Shown here piece after piece: positions 1 through 9,835 of a DNA stretch of 39,482 bases. The notes below the pieces were generated by a model. The model was given only the letters and a program-made list of their open reading frames with translations. It made no database searches and was not told the DNA's origin. The position numbers were made by a program, and so were the translations under genes. Within the stretch, counting starts at the first letter, position 1, and every line of letters begins with the position of its first letter. This DNA is from Ignavibacteria bacterium (GTDB taxonomy: Bacteria > Bacteroidota > Ignavibacteria > Tepidaquicellales > OLB5), in assembly GCA_026417195.1 (NCBI GenBank), contig JAOADS010000002.1:1-39482 (forward strand), read 5' to 3'.

Positions 1-2
1 TT

Positions 3-593
3 CTTATTCCGACCTATGTGCTAATAAACGGAGGAACTGAGAACGGTCCGAATATAATTTTCGGTCCGGCTGTGAGCAAAGGCTATGGTTTTACGAAAGG
101 TATTGATGTATCAGTTCAAAAGAAACTCACAGGAAGCGGATTCTACGGTATGCTGAATTATTCTTTGATGGATAGCAGGGTCAGCGGACTCAGAGGCGGA
201 GAAAAACCGGGGAGTTTCGATTACAGACACAACATGACTCTGATAGCCGGATATCAGATATCGGATAACTGGATGATAGGTTTTAAATTCCGTTACACAA
301 CGGGAAGGCCTTATACTCCGTTCAATATAGAACGTTCTGTCATAGCAGGAAGAGGTGTGGCGGATTTTGAAAAATTCAATGAGGCAAGGTATAAGGATTA
401 TAACAGATTTGATTTAAGGATAGACAAGAAATGGAATTTTAAAAGAATGAGTATAGTGTCATACATTGAACTTCAGAATCTGTTTAACACTGAAAACGTT
501 TATCAGTATTTCTGGAATGAGTATAAGAATGAACTTGGAACGATTTACCAGTGGAAGTTTCTGCCTGTAGGGGGAATAAGTATTCAGTTCTGA
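3..593 (+). CDS. Outer-membrane beta-barrel protein, C-terminal fragment (TonB-dependent-receptor-like); 5' end lies outside the window
   Basis: The frame is open from the window edge. The translation has alternating beta-strand-like patterns and ends in ...GGISIQF with a terminal Phe, typical of OM beta-barrels and TonB-dependent receptors. Confidence 0.55.
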   Translation, partial: LIPTYVLINGGTENGPNIIFGPAVSKGYGFTKGIDVSVQKKLTGSGFYGMLNYSLMDSRVSGLRGGEKPGSFDYRHNMTLIAGYQISDNWMIGFKFRYTTGRPYTPFNIERSVIAGRGVADFEKFNEARYKDYNRFDLRIDKKWNFKRMSIVSYIELQNLFNTENVYQYFWNEYKNELGTIYQWKFLPVGGISIQF

Positions 594-769
594 AACAATT
601 CTATCCGCCTCACTTTTAACGTTATCTATACTCACTTCTGGGTAATTTCAAAATTAATGGATTTGGATAATGATTCTCATTTTAGGCATGTGATAATTTT
701 GTATAGCTTTAAACAACATGAGATAGACTCTGCTTAAATTCATTATAAAATTCAAAGGAGGTAATTTAA

Positions 770-856
770 ATGGAAATATTATTAATATTAGGCTTTTCAA
801 TGTTCGGTCTGTTGCCATTTCTGGCTGAAGGTGTGAGGATATATCTTTCAAAGTAA
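770..856 (+). CDS. 28-aa hydrophobic small protein (MEILLILGFSMFGLLPFLAEGVRIYLSK), single predicted TM helix
   Basis: An AAAGGAGG Shine-Dalgarno lies 7-8 nt upstream of the ATG. A clean rho-independent terminator lies about 40 nt downstream. The ORF is too short for the supplied ORF track. Confidence 0.45.
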   Translation: MEILLILGFSMFGLLPFLAEGVRIYLSK

Positions 857-894
857 GTTAAGCATTAACCCCCTTCAGAATCTGATACTATGTG

Positions 895-924
895 AAAAAC
901 CCGCAAGAAAAGCGGGTTTTTTTA
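895..924 (+). terminator. Rho-independent terminator
   Basis: Stem ACCCGC/GCGGGT (899-904 / 912-917) with a 7-nt loop, followed by a T-run. Confidence 0.7.
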
Positions 925-1153
925 TTTAATCTCTACCGTTTTTAGGTTAGTATTTAATTAGGTAAATATTATAACCATCTGTCGTTATCTTTAGGGATGG
1001 CAATGATTTTTAATAATAAGGCTATTTCTGATTGTTTAAGTTTATCACACAGGATTATTTTTGTATCACAAATTTAGTAGGGGATCTTATAGCAGAACGA
1101 TTTAAATCTGTTAAATGTTAAATTAATCATTAATCGAGAAAGGAAACAAATTT

Positions 1154-3199
1154 ATGATGTATGCTATAAGAATTCCGGTTTCATTCAGACATCTTTTCTG
1201 TGTAGCTTTAATACTTTTAACCTCACTTCTTACTTTAACCACGAATTCTCAGGAAAGAAGAGTCCTTGGTAAACCTAAAGGATTAAATTCCTGGAAACCT
1301 TCGTTTCTTTTACCATCTCCTTACGGACTGCAGACGCTTGACTCAGTAGTCCGCACAGACTTCACAATTACTTTGAGGGATGGAGTTCAGATTGATGCTC
1401 TGAAATATGTTCCGGTCAGACAGAATCCTCCGGCTGGCGGATACCTTACCGTTATAATGCACCACGGTTACGGAGACAATAAAGAAACTTTAGCAGAGTT
1501 TTGCAGGTTACAGGCTCAGTATGGTTATTATACTATGACGTTTTCTGTAAGAGGTCAGGGGAATTCAGGTGGTTTATCTAATCTCATAAGCACACTTGAA
1601 GCAGATGACTTAATAGAAATTGTAAACTGGGTTAAAGCTGATTCAGTAAATGGCTCTAATCCTTCAAGAATACTTATTATGGGTGGCTCTCAGGGTGGTG
1701 CTGTACCTATGATAGCAGCTGCAAGGGGCTTACAGGTTGCTGCCATCATTAACTCGGTTGCTCCACCGGATTTTGCATCAAGCTGGATTGAGAACGGCTC
1801 AATAAAAACTACGCTTCTCTGGACTGTAGAATATACACCTGATACAGCAAGATATAATTCACTTGTTGACAGAATGAGCGACTGGATTTATGCTGATACG
1901 AAACCTTACTGGGATAGCCTTGCTCATTATCTGCCACAGGGCAGGGATTTTGTAAACCTTCTACCAAATATAACGATTCCTGTACTGGTTGAAGCTGCAT
2001 GGCAGGATAAGTTTTTCAACGCTGACGGATGGATGCTTCACATAGATAAAATTACAAATGCTCCTATGACCTCCTATTTAGGTGCGGTTCAGGGTCACGG
2101 AGCAGATCATTCACCTACAGAGGATATCTGGCACATGGAGTGGTTCAATAACTGGTTCTATGAATGGCTTTGGGATATAAGGACTCCTATTATGAGTCAG
2201 GCTAAATATCAGTATGCTTCCACTACTTTCCCAGTAGTTAACGGAAGGTGGTTTACGTTTGTTCATGACAGTTCACACGCTCTCTTAAGGAATATATCAA
2301 CTCCTATGAGGTTATATTTCAAAAGGAATGGAGTTCTGGGAACAACTCCTCAGACAGGAAACCATACGAGGGTTGTTAAGAATTCTGTAACAAGCGGTTA
2401 CACACTACAGCAGGCTATTTATGATGAATTCAAAGGACCTAATTTCAACGCAAAATTCAGGGTCGATACTACAGCAGTGTTTACTTCAAGTCCTCTCACT
2501 ACTGACCTCAAGTGGCTTGGAGCTCCCGTTGTAAGTGTTAATTACAAATCTAGTGCCAATACTTTTATGCAGCTGAATTATCAGATTTATGAAGTGTTAC
2601 CTTCTGGAGAGAAGAGATTTGTAAACAGAGCCAATTTCACCGACAGAAACTATGTCAGGAATTCTGTTCGTTGTGTTACCTTCAGAGGACATGCTCATTC
2701 CCATATTTTTAAAGCCGGAAGCAGGATACAAATAATAATTACCAATCTTGACAGGGCTCACACTGATTACGAATTCTTTGAAACCAATCCGTTTGTCTTG
2801 CCTGTAATGAAAAACGGAAATCATACTATAAGTCTGAATTCATTCTCATATATAGATTTTCCGATTGTCAATGCCAGCAGTTCACCTGTCAGCCTTCTCT
2901 TTCAGGATGAGATGACGGAGAATACCCTACAGCCTGAAAGATTTTCATTAAGCCAGAATTATCCTAATCCTTTCAATCCTTCTACTATGATTGAGTATTC
3001 TATAGCTAAGGCTGAGAAAGTCGAACTTAAAGTTTACGACTTGCTTGGTAGGGAAGTAGCTACTCTTGTTAATGAAATTCAAGCTCCCGGTTCATATAAC
3101 GTTACATTTAATGCAAAAAATCTTTCAAGCGGAGTATATTTTTACAGGTTGACAGCAGGAGGTTTTACAGATATTAAGAGAATGGTTCTTGTGAAGTAA
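1154..3199 (+). CDS. Secreted CocE/NonD (S15 X-Pro dipeptidyl-peptidase-like) alpha/beta hydrolase with T9SS C-terminal sorting domain
   Basis: N-terminal signal-like hydrophobic segment. Nucleophile elbow in ILIMGGSQGGAV. Beta-sandwich C-terminal domain (FRGHAHSHIFKAGSRIQIIITNLD). T9SS tail (FSLSQNYPNPFNPST...GVYFYRLTAGGFTDIKRMVLVK). Confidence 0.75.
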   Translation: MMYAIRIPVSFRHLFCVALILLTSLLTLTTNSQERRVLGKPKGLNSWKPSFLLPSPYGLQTLDSVVRTDFTITLRDGVQIDALKYVPVRQNPPAGGYLTVIMHHGYGDNKETLAEFCRLQAQYGYYTMTFSVRGQGNSGGLSNLISTLEADDLIEIVNWVKADSVNGSNPSRILIMGGSQGGAVPMIAAARGLQVAAIINSVAPPDFASSWIENGSIKTTLLWTVEYTPDTARYNSLVDRMSDWIYADTKPYWDSLAHYLPQGRDFVNLLPNITIPVLVEAAWQDKFFNADGWMLHIDKITNAPMTSYLGAVQGHGADHSPTEDIWHMEWFNNWFYEWLWDIRTPIMSQAKYQYASTTFPVVNGRWFTFVHDSSHALLRNISTPMRLYFKRNGVLGTTPQTGNHTRVVKNSVTSGYTLQQAIYDEFKGPNFNAKFRVDTTAVFTSSPLTTDLKWLGAPVVSVNYKSSANTFMQLNYQIYEVLPSGEKRFVNRANFTDRNYVRNSVRCVTFRGHAHSHIFKAGSRIQIIITNLDRAHTDYEFFETNPFVLPVMKNGNHTISLNSFSYIDFPIVNASSSPVSLLFQDEMTENTLQPERFSLSQNYPNPFNPSTMIEYSIAKAEKVELKVYDLLGREVATLVNEIQAPGSYNVTFNAKNLSSGVYFYRLTAGGFTDIKRMVLVK

Positions 3200-3220
3200 C
3201 AAGGTTTGTTAAACCAGATT

Positions 3221-3252
3221 AAAATCCCGCAAGAGATTGCGGGATTTTTTTT
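3221..3252 (+). terminator. Rho-independent terminator
   Basis: Stem ATCCCGC/GCGGGAT (3224-3230 / 3239-3245) followed by a T8 run. Confidence 0.75.
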
Positions 3253-3293
3253 GGTTAGATATTTTTTTGATTATTGTTAATTTTGTTACTCTA

Positions 3294-3578
3294 ATGGATA
3301 AATTAACTCCGGAACAAATAAACGAAGCACTTAAATCTTTGCCGGGCTGGTTTTACAAGGACGGTTCCATCAGGAAAGTTTTTAAAACAAAAAGCTATCC
3401 GGCTACCATGGGGTTTGTAACTTCACTTGGAGGAATATGCCAGAAGATGAATCATCACCCGGATTATGTTATTATGAAATACAAGGAAGTGGAAGTATCT
3501 TTCTCAACACATAGTGCAGGTGGAATTACACAAAAAGATATTGAAGTGGCTGAAGAGCTTGAAAAGGTACCTGTTTAA
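3294..3578 (+). CDS. 4a-hydroxytetrahydrobiopterin (pterin-4-alpha-carbinolamine) dehydratase
   Basis: MDKLTPEQINEALKSLPGW... followed by the HHPD...V.V.F.TH signature. The ORF-track start at 3237 lies inside the upstream terminator hairpin, so I chose the ATG at 3294. Confidence 0.85.
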   Translation: MDKLTPEQINEALKSLPGWFYKDGSIRKVFKTKSYPATMGFVTSLGGICQKMNHHPDYVIMKYKEVEVSFSTHSAGGITQKDIEVAEELEKVPV

Positions 3579-3700
3579 ATCTACTCTTTATCGGATTTCT
3601 TTTTATTCTAAAATGAATTATGTTGAAAAGATCGGACTTCAAACTTACATTTAAGTACCAGGGAAGCACTTCTACTTTTTAGAAATCTTCATTTAAAATT

Positions 3701-6007
3701 ATGAGGCTTAAAACAATTCTTCTAGTTTCTTTGTCTTTTATTTCCTGTTCGGCATTTAATGTTTTCACCCAACAGAAGTGGGAAATTTATACTTCTTTTC
3801 GTGAAGTTAAATCAGTATCTCTTCAGGGTAACAAAGTGTGGGCAGCTTCGACAGGTGGTTTGTTTTCATTTGATTATACCAATCCTTCAGCTACAATTTC
3901 CAAACTTACTTCTCTGGATGGTCTTCAGTCAAATGATCTCAGCTCTGTTACAGTAAGTATGGATGGCAGAGTCTGGGCCGGTGCTTCTGACGGTTCAATA
4001 AGTGTATATAACCCCGCTACAGGAGTCTGGAGACAGATTTCTGATATCAGGGCATCTGCAGAACCTTCAAGGAGAATAAATGCATTCTATCAGTATAATA
4101 ATCTGATGTTTTTCTCTACAGAGTTCTGTATAGTTAAGTTTAGTATTCCTCAGTTTCAGTTTGTGGATCAACCATACATCTCTCTCGGACCATTACTCCC
4201 GATAAAATCTCCCGTTTATGATATACTTGTTTTAAACGACACAATATGGGCAGCAACTAAAAACGGAATAGCTTACGCTAATATAAATACTAATCTGCCT
4301 ATACAGTCAAACTGGAGAAATTACACAACAAATAACTCTGTGCTGAACAGAAATCTTATTAACTGTATAGAGAAATTTTCCGGCGCCATTTATTTCGGAA
4401 CTGATAGCGGTATGGTAAGATATGAGAATGCAACATTAGTTAAATATGAACCTCTTGTTAACGGGCAGCCATTTACCGATCCGGTTTACAGGATGACTGT
4501 TGTCGGAAATGATTTTTACTTTTCAGCCTATAATAATTTAGATGGATATAAGGTAAACTTCAGAATATTTAAAGTTAGTTCATCTAATATTAATCTGGCA
4601 GAACTTGTTTATACAGGTCTTGAAGTTAATTCAATGGAATCCGATGCTCAGGGAGATTTAATTTTAGGTACTGCCGGAAACGGAGTTGATATATTCAGAA
4701 ACGGACAGAATAATTTCATCATACCAAATGGTCCAAACTCAAATGTCTTCCAGGATATGTCTATTGATATAAATGGCGATCTCTGGGCTGTTTCCGGAGG
4801 TGTGAATGCCGGTATATATAAATTTGATGTTGAAAGTAAGACATGGAAGAATTACTCAACAGAACAATATCCGTGGATGAGGGGCAATGACTTCAGGCAT
4901 ATTTACGGATCAAAGTTTAACAATACAGTATGGGCCGGAGGATTCGGAACTGGTTTGTTAAGGATCTCAGGTGACAGCTTAACACTCTTTAATAATGAAA
5001 ACTCATGTCTTCAGCCATTTGAGGGTAACTTTACTTTAGCAGAAGGAATAGAAGAGGATAATTCGGGGAATCTGTGGGTGATCAACAGGGCATCTATAGT
5101 ACCGATAGTTAAATTTATCCCGGAACCATGTTTAGCTTACCCTACACCCCAGAATCAGACAGTTACAACAATGATATATATGGCTATAGATAAGTTCAGA
5201 ACTAAATGGATGACATTGCCTCCGGATCTTCCCAACAGTCCGAGAGGCGTAGTTTATTTTAATGAAAACATAAACCCGCAGGGAGCTATTATTTCACCTG
5301 CTCAGCTTGGGGCAAACATAGGTACTGCAAATCATGTAGTGGTTGACAGAAACGGCGAGGTTTGGGTTGCTACAGATAACGGAATATCCATAATAAGAAA
5401 TCCTCAGCAGGTTATTAATAATCCGGGCAGTATTCCCTTTACGGAGAAGATGAGGATAATAGAAGGCGGATTAAGTACTCCTCTTACAGAAAATGTTCAG
5501 TTTGTAGCAGTAGATGCATTGAATAATAAATGGATCGGCACGGTTTCTTCAGGACTTTTATATGTTTCTCCAGATGGTTCGACATTACTTGCAAGATATA
5601 ACGTTTCAAATTCGCCTTTGACTGACAACAGAATACTTTCAATTATTGTATCACCTAAAACAGGTGTAGCATATTTCGGCACACAGAAAGGTTTGGTTTC
5701 ATTACAAACCATAGCTGTTGAACCACTTTCAGAATGTGGTAAAATTACTGCCGGCCCAAATCCTTTTGAAATACCAGGCAATACAACTTTAAAAATAGAC
5801 GGACTTGTAGCTGAATCAACAGTTAAAATTCTCTCTGTCAGCGGCACTTTAGTTGCAGAATTTCAGAGTCCGGGAGGCAGAATAGCTGAATGGGATGGCA
5901 GGGATATGAACGGTAACTACGTTTCAAGCGGAGTTTATATTATTGCCGGCTACAATAAAGATGCCAGCAAGGTTTGTACAGGCAAGGTTGCCGTAATAAG
6001 GAAATAG
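3701..6007 (+). CDS. Secreted beta-propeller protein (two-component-regulator propeller-type repeats) with T9SS C-terminal sorting domain
   Basis: Signal peptide. About 10 recurring repeats of the form [VI]W[AV]xTxxG[LI] (VWAASTGGLFSF, IWAATKNGIAYA, VWVATDNGISII, KWIGTVSSGLLYV...). C-terminal GPNPFE...GVYIIAG...GKVAVIRK tail. Confidence 0.7.
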   Translation: MRLKTILLVSLSFISCSAFNVFTQQKWEIYTSFREVKSVSLQGNKVWAASTGGLFSFDYTNPSATISKLTSLDGLQSNDLSSVTVSMDGRVWAGASDGSISVYNPATGVWRQISDIRASAEPSRRINAFYQYNNLMFFSTEFCIVKFSIPQFQFVDQPYISLGPLLPIKSPVYDILVLNDTIWAATKNGIAYANINTNLPIQSNWRNYTTNNSVLNRNLINCIEKFSGAIYFGTDSGMVRYENATLVKYEPLVNGQPFTDPVYRMTVVGNDFYFSAYNNLDGYKVNFRIFKVSSSNINLAELVYTGLEVNSMESDAQGDLILGTAGNGVDIFRNGQNNFIIPNGPNSNVFQDMSIDINGDLWAVSGGVNAGIYKFDVESKTWKNYSTEQYPWMRGNDFRHIYGSKFNNTVWAGGFGTGLLRISGDSLTLFNNENSCLQPFEGNFTLAEGIEEDNSGNLWVINRASIVPIVKFIPEPCLAYPTPQNQTVTTMIYMAIDKFRTKWMTLPPDLPNSPRGVVYFNENINPQGAIISPAQLGANIGTANHVVVDRNGEVWVATDNGISIIRNPQQVINNPGSIPFTEKMRIIEGGLSTPLTENVQFVAVDALNNKWIGTVSSGLLYVSPDGSTLLARYNVSNSPLTDNRILSIIVSPKTGVAYFGTQKGLVSLQTIAVEPLSECGKITAGPNPFEIPGNTTLKIDGLVAESTVKILSVSGTLVAEFQSPGGRIAEWDGRDMNGNYVSSGVYIIAGYNKDASKVCTGKVAVIRK

Positions 6008-6018
6008 ATTCTTTTCAG

Positions 6019-6037
6019 CAGACCATATGTCTGTTTT
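6019..6037 (+). terminator. Weak hairpin plus T4, possible terminator
   Basis: CAGAC-catat-GTCTG followed by TTTT. The stem is only 5 bp. Confidence 0.3.
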
Positions 6038-6078
6038 GACCTATCAGATTGAAGATGTTTACCTCATTTCAATAAGTT

Positions 6079-7545
6079 GTGATAAATAAAGATCATATTT
6101 TATATCTGTGTATTTCTGCAATCGGAATCCTGTATCTTTCCCAGTTAATACAAAAGTTTGAATATTCTGCAGACGATACATTTATTTATCTTCAGTATGC
6201 ACGGAATGTAGTTTCAGGAAACGGATTTTCCTTCAACCCGGGTGAACCCAGTTACGGTGTAACGAGTCCTCTCTGGGTTTTTATCCTGACATTCGCATAT
6301 TTTTTAAATGTAAATCCGTTCTGGTTTGCAAAATCAGCTGATCTTTTATTTGCAGTTTTATCGTGCATTATGTTCTTCCGGCTCACGGGATTTTTTTTCC
6401 GCAACGATATTTACTTACGTTCAGCTGCAATGCTGATGTTCTGTCTTAATCCATGGTTTGTCAGGTGGACTTTTACAGGCATGGAAACGAGTCTGGCTGT
6501 TTTTCTGGTAATCAGTATTTTTTACTTTTATTATTCAGAAAGATTTGATTTCATGTTCTTCCTACTTGGTCTGGTTTTTCTTGTAAGACCTGAAACATTT
6601 GTTCTTACAATCATACTTGCTTTATTTGTTTTCTTCAGAAAAATATCAGAATCAAAATTCAGTCCCCGTGAAGTTCTCTTATGGGGTATTTTGTTTGCAA
6701 CATCAGTTCTGCCGTTTCTCATTTATGCAAAGTTTAGTTTCGGGACGATAATTCCAAACACGGCATCAGGCAAGTCAACATTTACTTTCAGTTTCAATAC
6801 CATAGTGAATCAGTTATGGCATATTTTGAAAACTCTTGCAGGTGCTTCACTTCCCGAACTGCTGCTTTCTATGGTTTTCCTTCTTTTTGCGATTCAAAAA
6901 AGAAATACACTGAAAACGCTGTCTCTTATGTTCTGGATATCTGGTCTTGTTTTTTTATATGTTATTACAGATGCTGACGTGATTTCAAGATATCTGCTCG
7001 TTATTTCTCCTTTTTTAATAATACTTGGACTTAATACGGTATTAATTTCCGGGGATTTCCGTTACAAGCTGGGGATAATAGTAATTATTTGTTCTTGAGT
7101 GTATTCACAGTTTGTGTTTTATAAATTTGTCAAACCCAGTACAGATGATTTTACAGCAGGGTTGAATGAATGTTTCAAGCCTTTAGGGATTTGGATAAGA
7201 GAAAACACTCCACAGAACAGCAGGATTTTTCTTAATGATGTGGGGGTAGTAGGTTATTATTCACAGAGATATATAATAGATGCAGCTGCATTAATTAACA
7301 GAGATCTGAATCTGAACAGGAAAATAATGAGCTTTGAACTTGAAAAGAGAGCATATCCGCACAAAATGTTGGATGAGGTTGTGGCAGATTATATAATTGA
7401 ACGGGATGTAAACGAAGAAAATGTTTTACAGGAATCAGGAAATTACAGATTTGAATTAAAATTAATTAAAAAATTTCCAAGTCTGGGAATACGGGATTCT
7501 TCACCACGATACTATAAACTCTATAAAGTAATAAAAAAGAATTAA
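6079..7545 (+). pseudogene. GT-C-like (ArnT/PMT-like) polytopic membrane protein, paralog of 8315..9769, interrupted by an in-frame TGA at 7096-7098. Either a pseudogene or a naturally split gene (ORFs 6079..7098 and 7099..7545)
   Basis: Both pieces align colinearly to the intact 484-aa paralog: SADDTFIYLQYARNVVSGNGFSFNPGEPSYGVTSPLW vs SPDDTYIYLKYSKNIANGNGFSFNTGEPSYGVTSFIW, and FTAGLNECFKPLGIWIRENTPQNSRIFLNDVGVVGYYSQRYIIDAAALINRDLNLN vs FTAGVEQCLIPLGKWIENNTPAGSRILVNDVGAIGYNTSRYIIDAAALINRDLELN. The junction reads TGT TCT TGA GTG TAT. Confidence 0.6.
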
Positions 7546-8310
7546 ATGTTGGTAATACCTGTAATTGATATAAAAAACGGTAAGTCCGTAAGAACTGTTG
7601 AAGGACTTGAAGATAAGACTATTTATTATTCGGAAAGTCCTATCAATCTGGCTAGGCTTTTAAGAAAGGAAAACGCTAAGGTAATACATATTACAGATCT
7701 TGATGGAGCATATTACGGAGTAAGGAAAAATGATACGATTATCAGTGAAATTACGAGTTCAGTAGGAGTTCCGGTTCAGTTAGGAGGTGGAATAAGAAGC
7801 TATGAAACTGCAAGCAGATTACTGGGAGAACTCGGTGTTTACAGAATTGTAATAGGTACATCAGCCATAGACAATATTGATCTGATTCAACGTCTGCTTG
7901 AAGATTTCGGTAAAAATAAAATAGTAATCAGTGTTGATGCAAGAAATGGCTATGTTACAAAAGACGGATGGAGTAATTTAACAAATATAAAAGCAGTGGA
8001 TTTTGCCCTTGGTATGAAATCGCTTGGAGTTGAAAGAATAATTTATCAGGACGTTTCTAGAGTCGGTTCTTTAACCGGACCTGATATAGAAGGCACCAAA
8101 GAAATTGCCGTACAAACCGGACTTAAAGTAACGGCAGCAGGCGGAGTGTCCGGATATAAGGATCTCAAGGCACTATTGGAGCTTGAAAAATACGGCGTTG
8201 ATTCAGTTATGATGAGCAGGGCACTTTATGAAAACAGATTTCCCTGTCAGGCGATATGGCGTGAACAGGAGAAAATTGATACTTCGCTTGATCTTCCGGA
8301 GATAAAATAG
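7546..8310 (+). CDS. hisA: HisA-type (beta/alpha)8 ProFAR isomerase (HisA/HisF family)
   Basis: VIPVIDIKNGKSVR (N-terminal catalytic Asp), ITDLDGA, VQLGGGIRS, SVDARNG (second catalytic Asp), TAAGGVS. Length and motif order match HisA. Confidence 0.8.
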   Translation: MLVIPVIDIKNGKSVRTVEGLEDKTIYYSESPINLARLLRKENAKVIHITDLDGAYYGVRKNDTIISEITSSVGVPVQLGGGIRSYETASRLLGELGVYRIVIGTSAIDNIDLIQRLLEDFGKNKIVISVDARNGYVTKDGWSNLTNIKAVDFALGMKSLGVERIIYQDVSRVGSLTGPDIEGTKEIAVQTGLKVTAAGGVSGYKDLKALLELEKYGVDSVMMSRALYENRFPCQAIWREQEKIDTSLDLPEIK

Positions 8311-8314
8311 AGCC

Positions 8315-9769
8315 TTGCAAAGAAAATTAACTATATCAGTTTTACTTTTATCAGTTATATTTTTTTTCATATTTCAGATCCTCAAATTCAGTTACTCACC
8401 GGATGATACTTACATTTATCTTAAATATTCCAAGAACATTGCTAACGGAAACGGTTTTTCCTTTAACACGGGAGAGCCAAGCTACGGGGTAACAAGTTTT
8501 ATCTGGGCTGTTTTTTTAAGCACCCCATTTCTGTTCGGGACAGACGGATTCTGGTTTGCGAAATTTGCAGATCTTCTGGTATTTATCTCTGCAGCCTTTG
8601 TTTTTTACAGACTGGTTTCTTTCTTCTTCTCCGATTTTAACATCCGGCTTATATCTGTTTCATTATTTCTGATTAATCCATGGGTAATACGTTCTGTTTT
8701 CACCGGTATGGAAACATCTCTTGCAATACTTATAATACTGATTGTATTTCAGTTTTTTTACCAAAGAAAATATTACCTGGGGTTTTTCTTTTCTGGTCTT
8801 TCTCTGTTTATTAGACCAGAGACAGCAGTTATAGTTCCGGTTCTTATCCTTACCTTGATTTTTGATAATAGTCTGGAATTAAACAGAAAATTAAGAATTA
8901 TTGTTTTGTGTGTTATTGTTTTTTTAATGACTGTAACACCATTTTTAGTTTACTCTAATTTAACCTTTGGAACATTTCTTCCCAATACAGTATCTGGTAA
9001 AGCGTCCCTGAATTTTGTTCCATCTGATATTTTTCCTGATGTTAAAAGAATTTTTACAGTATTTGCATTGATTCAACCATTTGAAATATTTTTTGCTCTA
9101 CTTGGACTAATATTGATAATTAAAGAAAAGGATTTCAGATATATTCCATTGATATTGTGGATAGGAGGATTACTTCTTTTGTACCTGATTGCTTCGGCAG
9201 CTGTGATGGCAAGATATTTTATGATAGTCTATCCGTTTGTACTTGTCATAGCTATGAGATTTTTTGAACAGCTTACAATAAGGAATTATTATTATAGCCT
9301 GATTTTAATAATCATTATGTTTGTTTACTCTTCCTTTATTTTCTTTAGGTATGTGAAACCTTATAGTGATAATTTTACAGCCGGAGTAGAACAATGTTTA
9401 ATACCTCTTGGGAAATGGATTGAAAATAACACGCCAGCTGGCAGCAGAATTTTGGTAAACGATGTAGGAGCTATAGGTTACAATACTTCCAGATATATAA
9501 TTGACGCAGCGGCACTTATAAACAGAGATCTCGAACTAAACAAAAAGATATTGTCTTTGTCTGTGTATCAAAAGGAAAATCCTCACCTTATGTTAGATTT
9601 TATAGAAACTGATTATTTAGTAGAAAAGAAATCTTTACCGGTTCCTGTCACCGAAACAAAGAATTACAGGCTGGAATTACTTGAAAAATGGGTATTCCCT
9701 CAAATGTGGGTTTTCGATCCCAATCCTCAGTATTTTTTTCTTTATAAGGTTCAGAAAAAAGTAAGGTAA
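8315..9769 (+). CDS. GT-C-like (ArnT/PMT-like) polytopic membrane protein, intact paralog
   Basis: About 11-12 hydrophobic segments. Acidic DD motif in the first loop (SPDDTYIYLKY). Conserved C-terminal soluble module. TTG start. The family assignment is by motif resemblance only. Confidence 0.6.
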   Translation: MQRKLTISVLLLSVIFFFIFQILKFSYSPDDTYIYLKYSKNIANGNGFSFNTGEPSYGVTSFIWAVFLSTPFLFGTDGFWFAKFADLLVFISAAFVFYRLVSFFFSDFNIRLISVSLFLINPWVIRSVFTGMETSLAILIILIVFQFFYQRKYYLGFFFSGLSLFIRPETAVIVPVLILTLIFDNSLELNRKLRIIVLCVIVFLMTVTPFLVYSNLTFGTFLPNTVSGKASLNFVPSDIFPDVKRIFTVFALIQPFEIFFALLGLILIIKEKDFRYIPLILWIGGLLLLYLIASAAVMARYFMIVYPFVLVIAMRFFEQLTIRNYYYSLILIIIMFVYSSFIFFRYVKPYSDNFTAGVEQCLIPLGKWIENNTPAGSRILVNDVGAIGYNTSRYIIDAAALINRDLELNKKILSLSVYQKENPHLMLDFIETDYLVEKKSLPVPVTETKNYRLELLEKWVFPQMWVFDPNPQYFFLYKVQKKVR

Positions 9770-9835
9770 TATCTTAACCATTAAATCGTAAATATATTTT
9801 AAATATTTTTGTACTGAATCAAGGAGAGAATATAA

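Noticed and set aside
654-851. 65-aa minus-strand ORF from the ORF track.
   Set aside because: It has no Shine-Dalgarno and its composition is odd. It overlaps the better-supported 28-aa plus-strand ORF, which has both an SD and a terminator.
3237-3293. Upstream extension of the pterin dehydratase ORF (track start at 3237).
   Set aside because: That start lies inside the terminator hairpin and T-run of the preceding gene. The extension encodes a hydrophobic peptide that is not part of the PCD fold. The ATG at 3294 gives the canonical 94-aa protein.
7096-7098. The in-frame TGA might be recoding (selenocysteine, or genetic code 4/25 where TGA is Trp/Gly).
   Set aside because: TGA clearly terminates well-defined genes in this window at the expected protein ends: the OM barrel at 591-593, hutU at 11483-11485, purC, and the CHAD N-half. 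The aligned residue in the paralog is not Cys or Trp, and I see no obvious SECIS-like hairpin.
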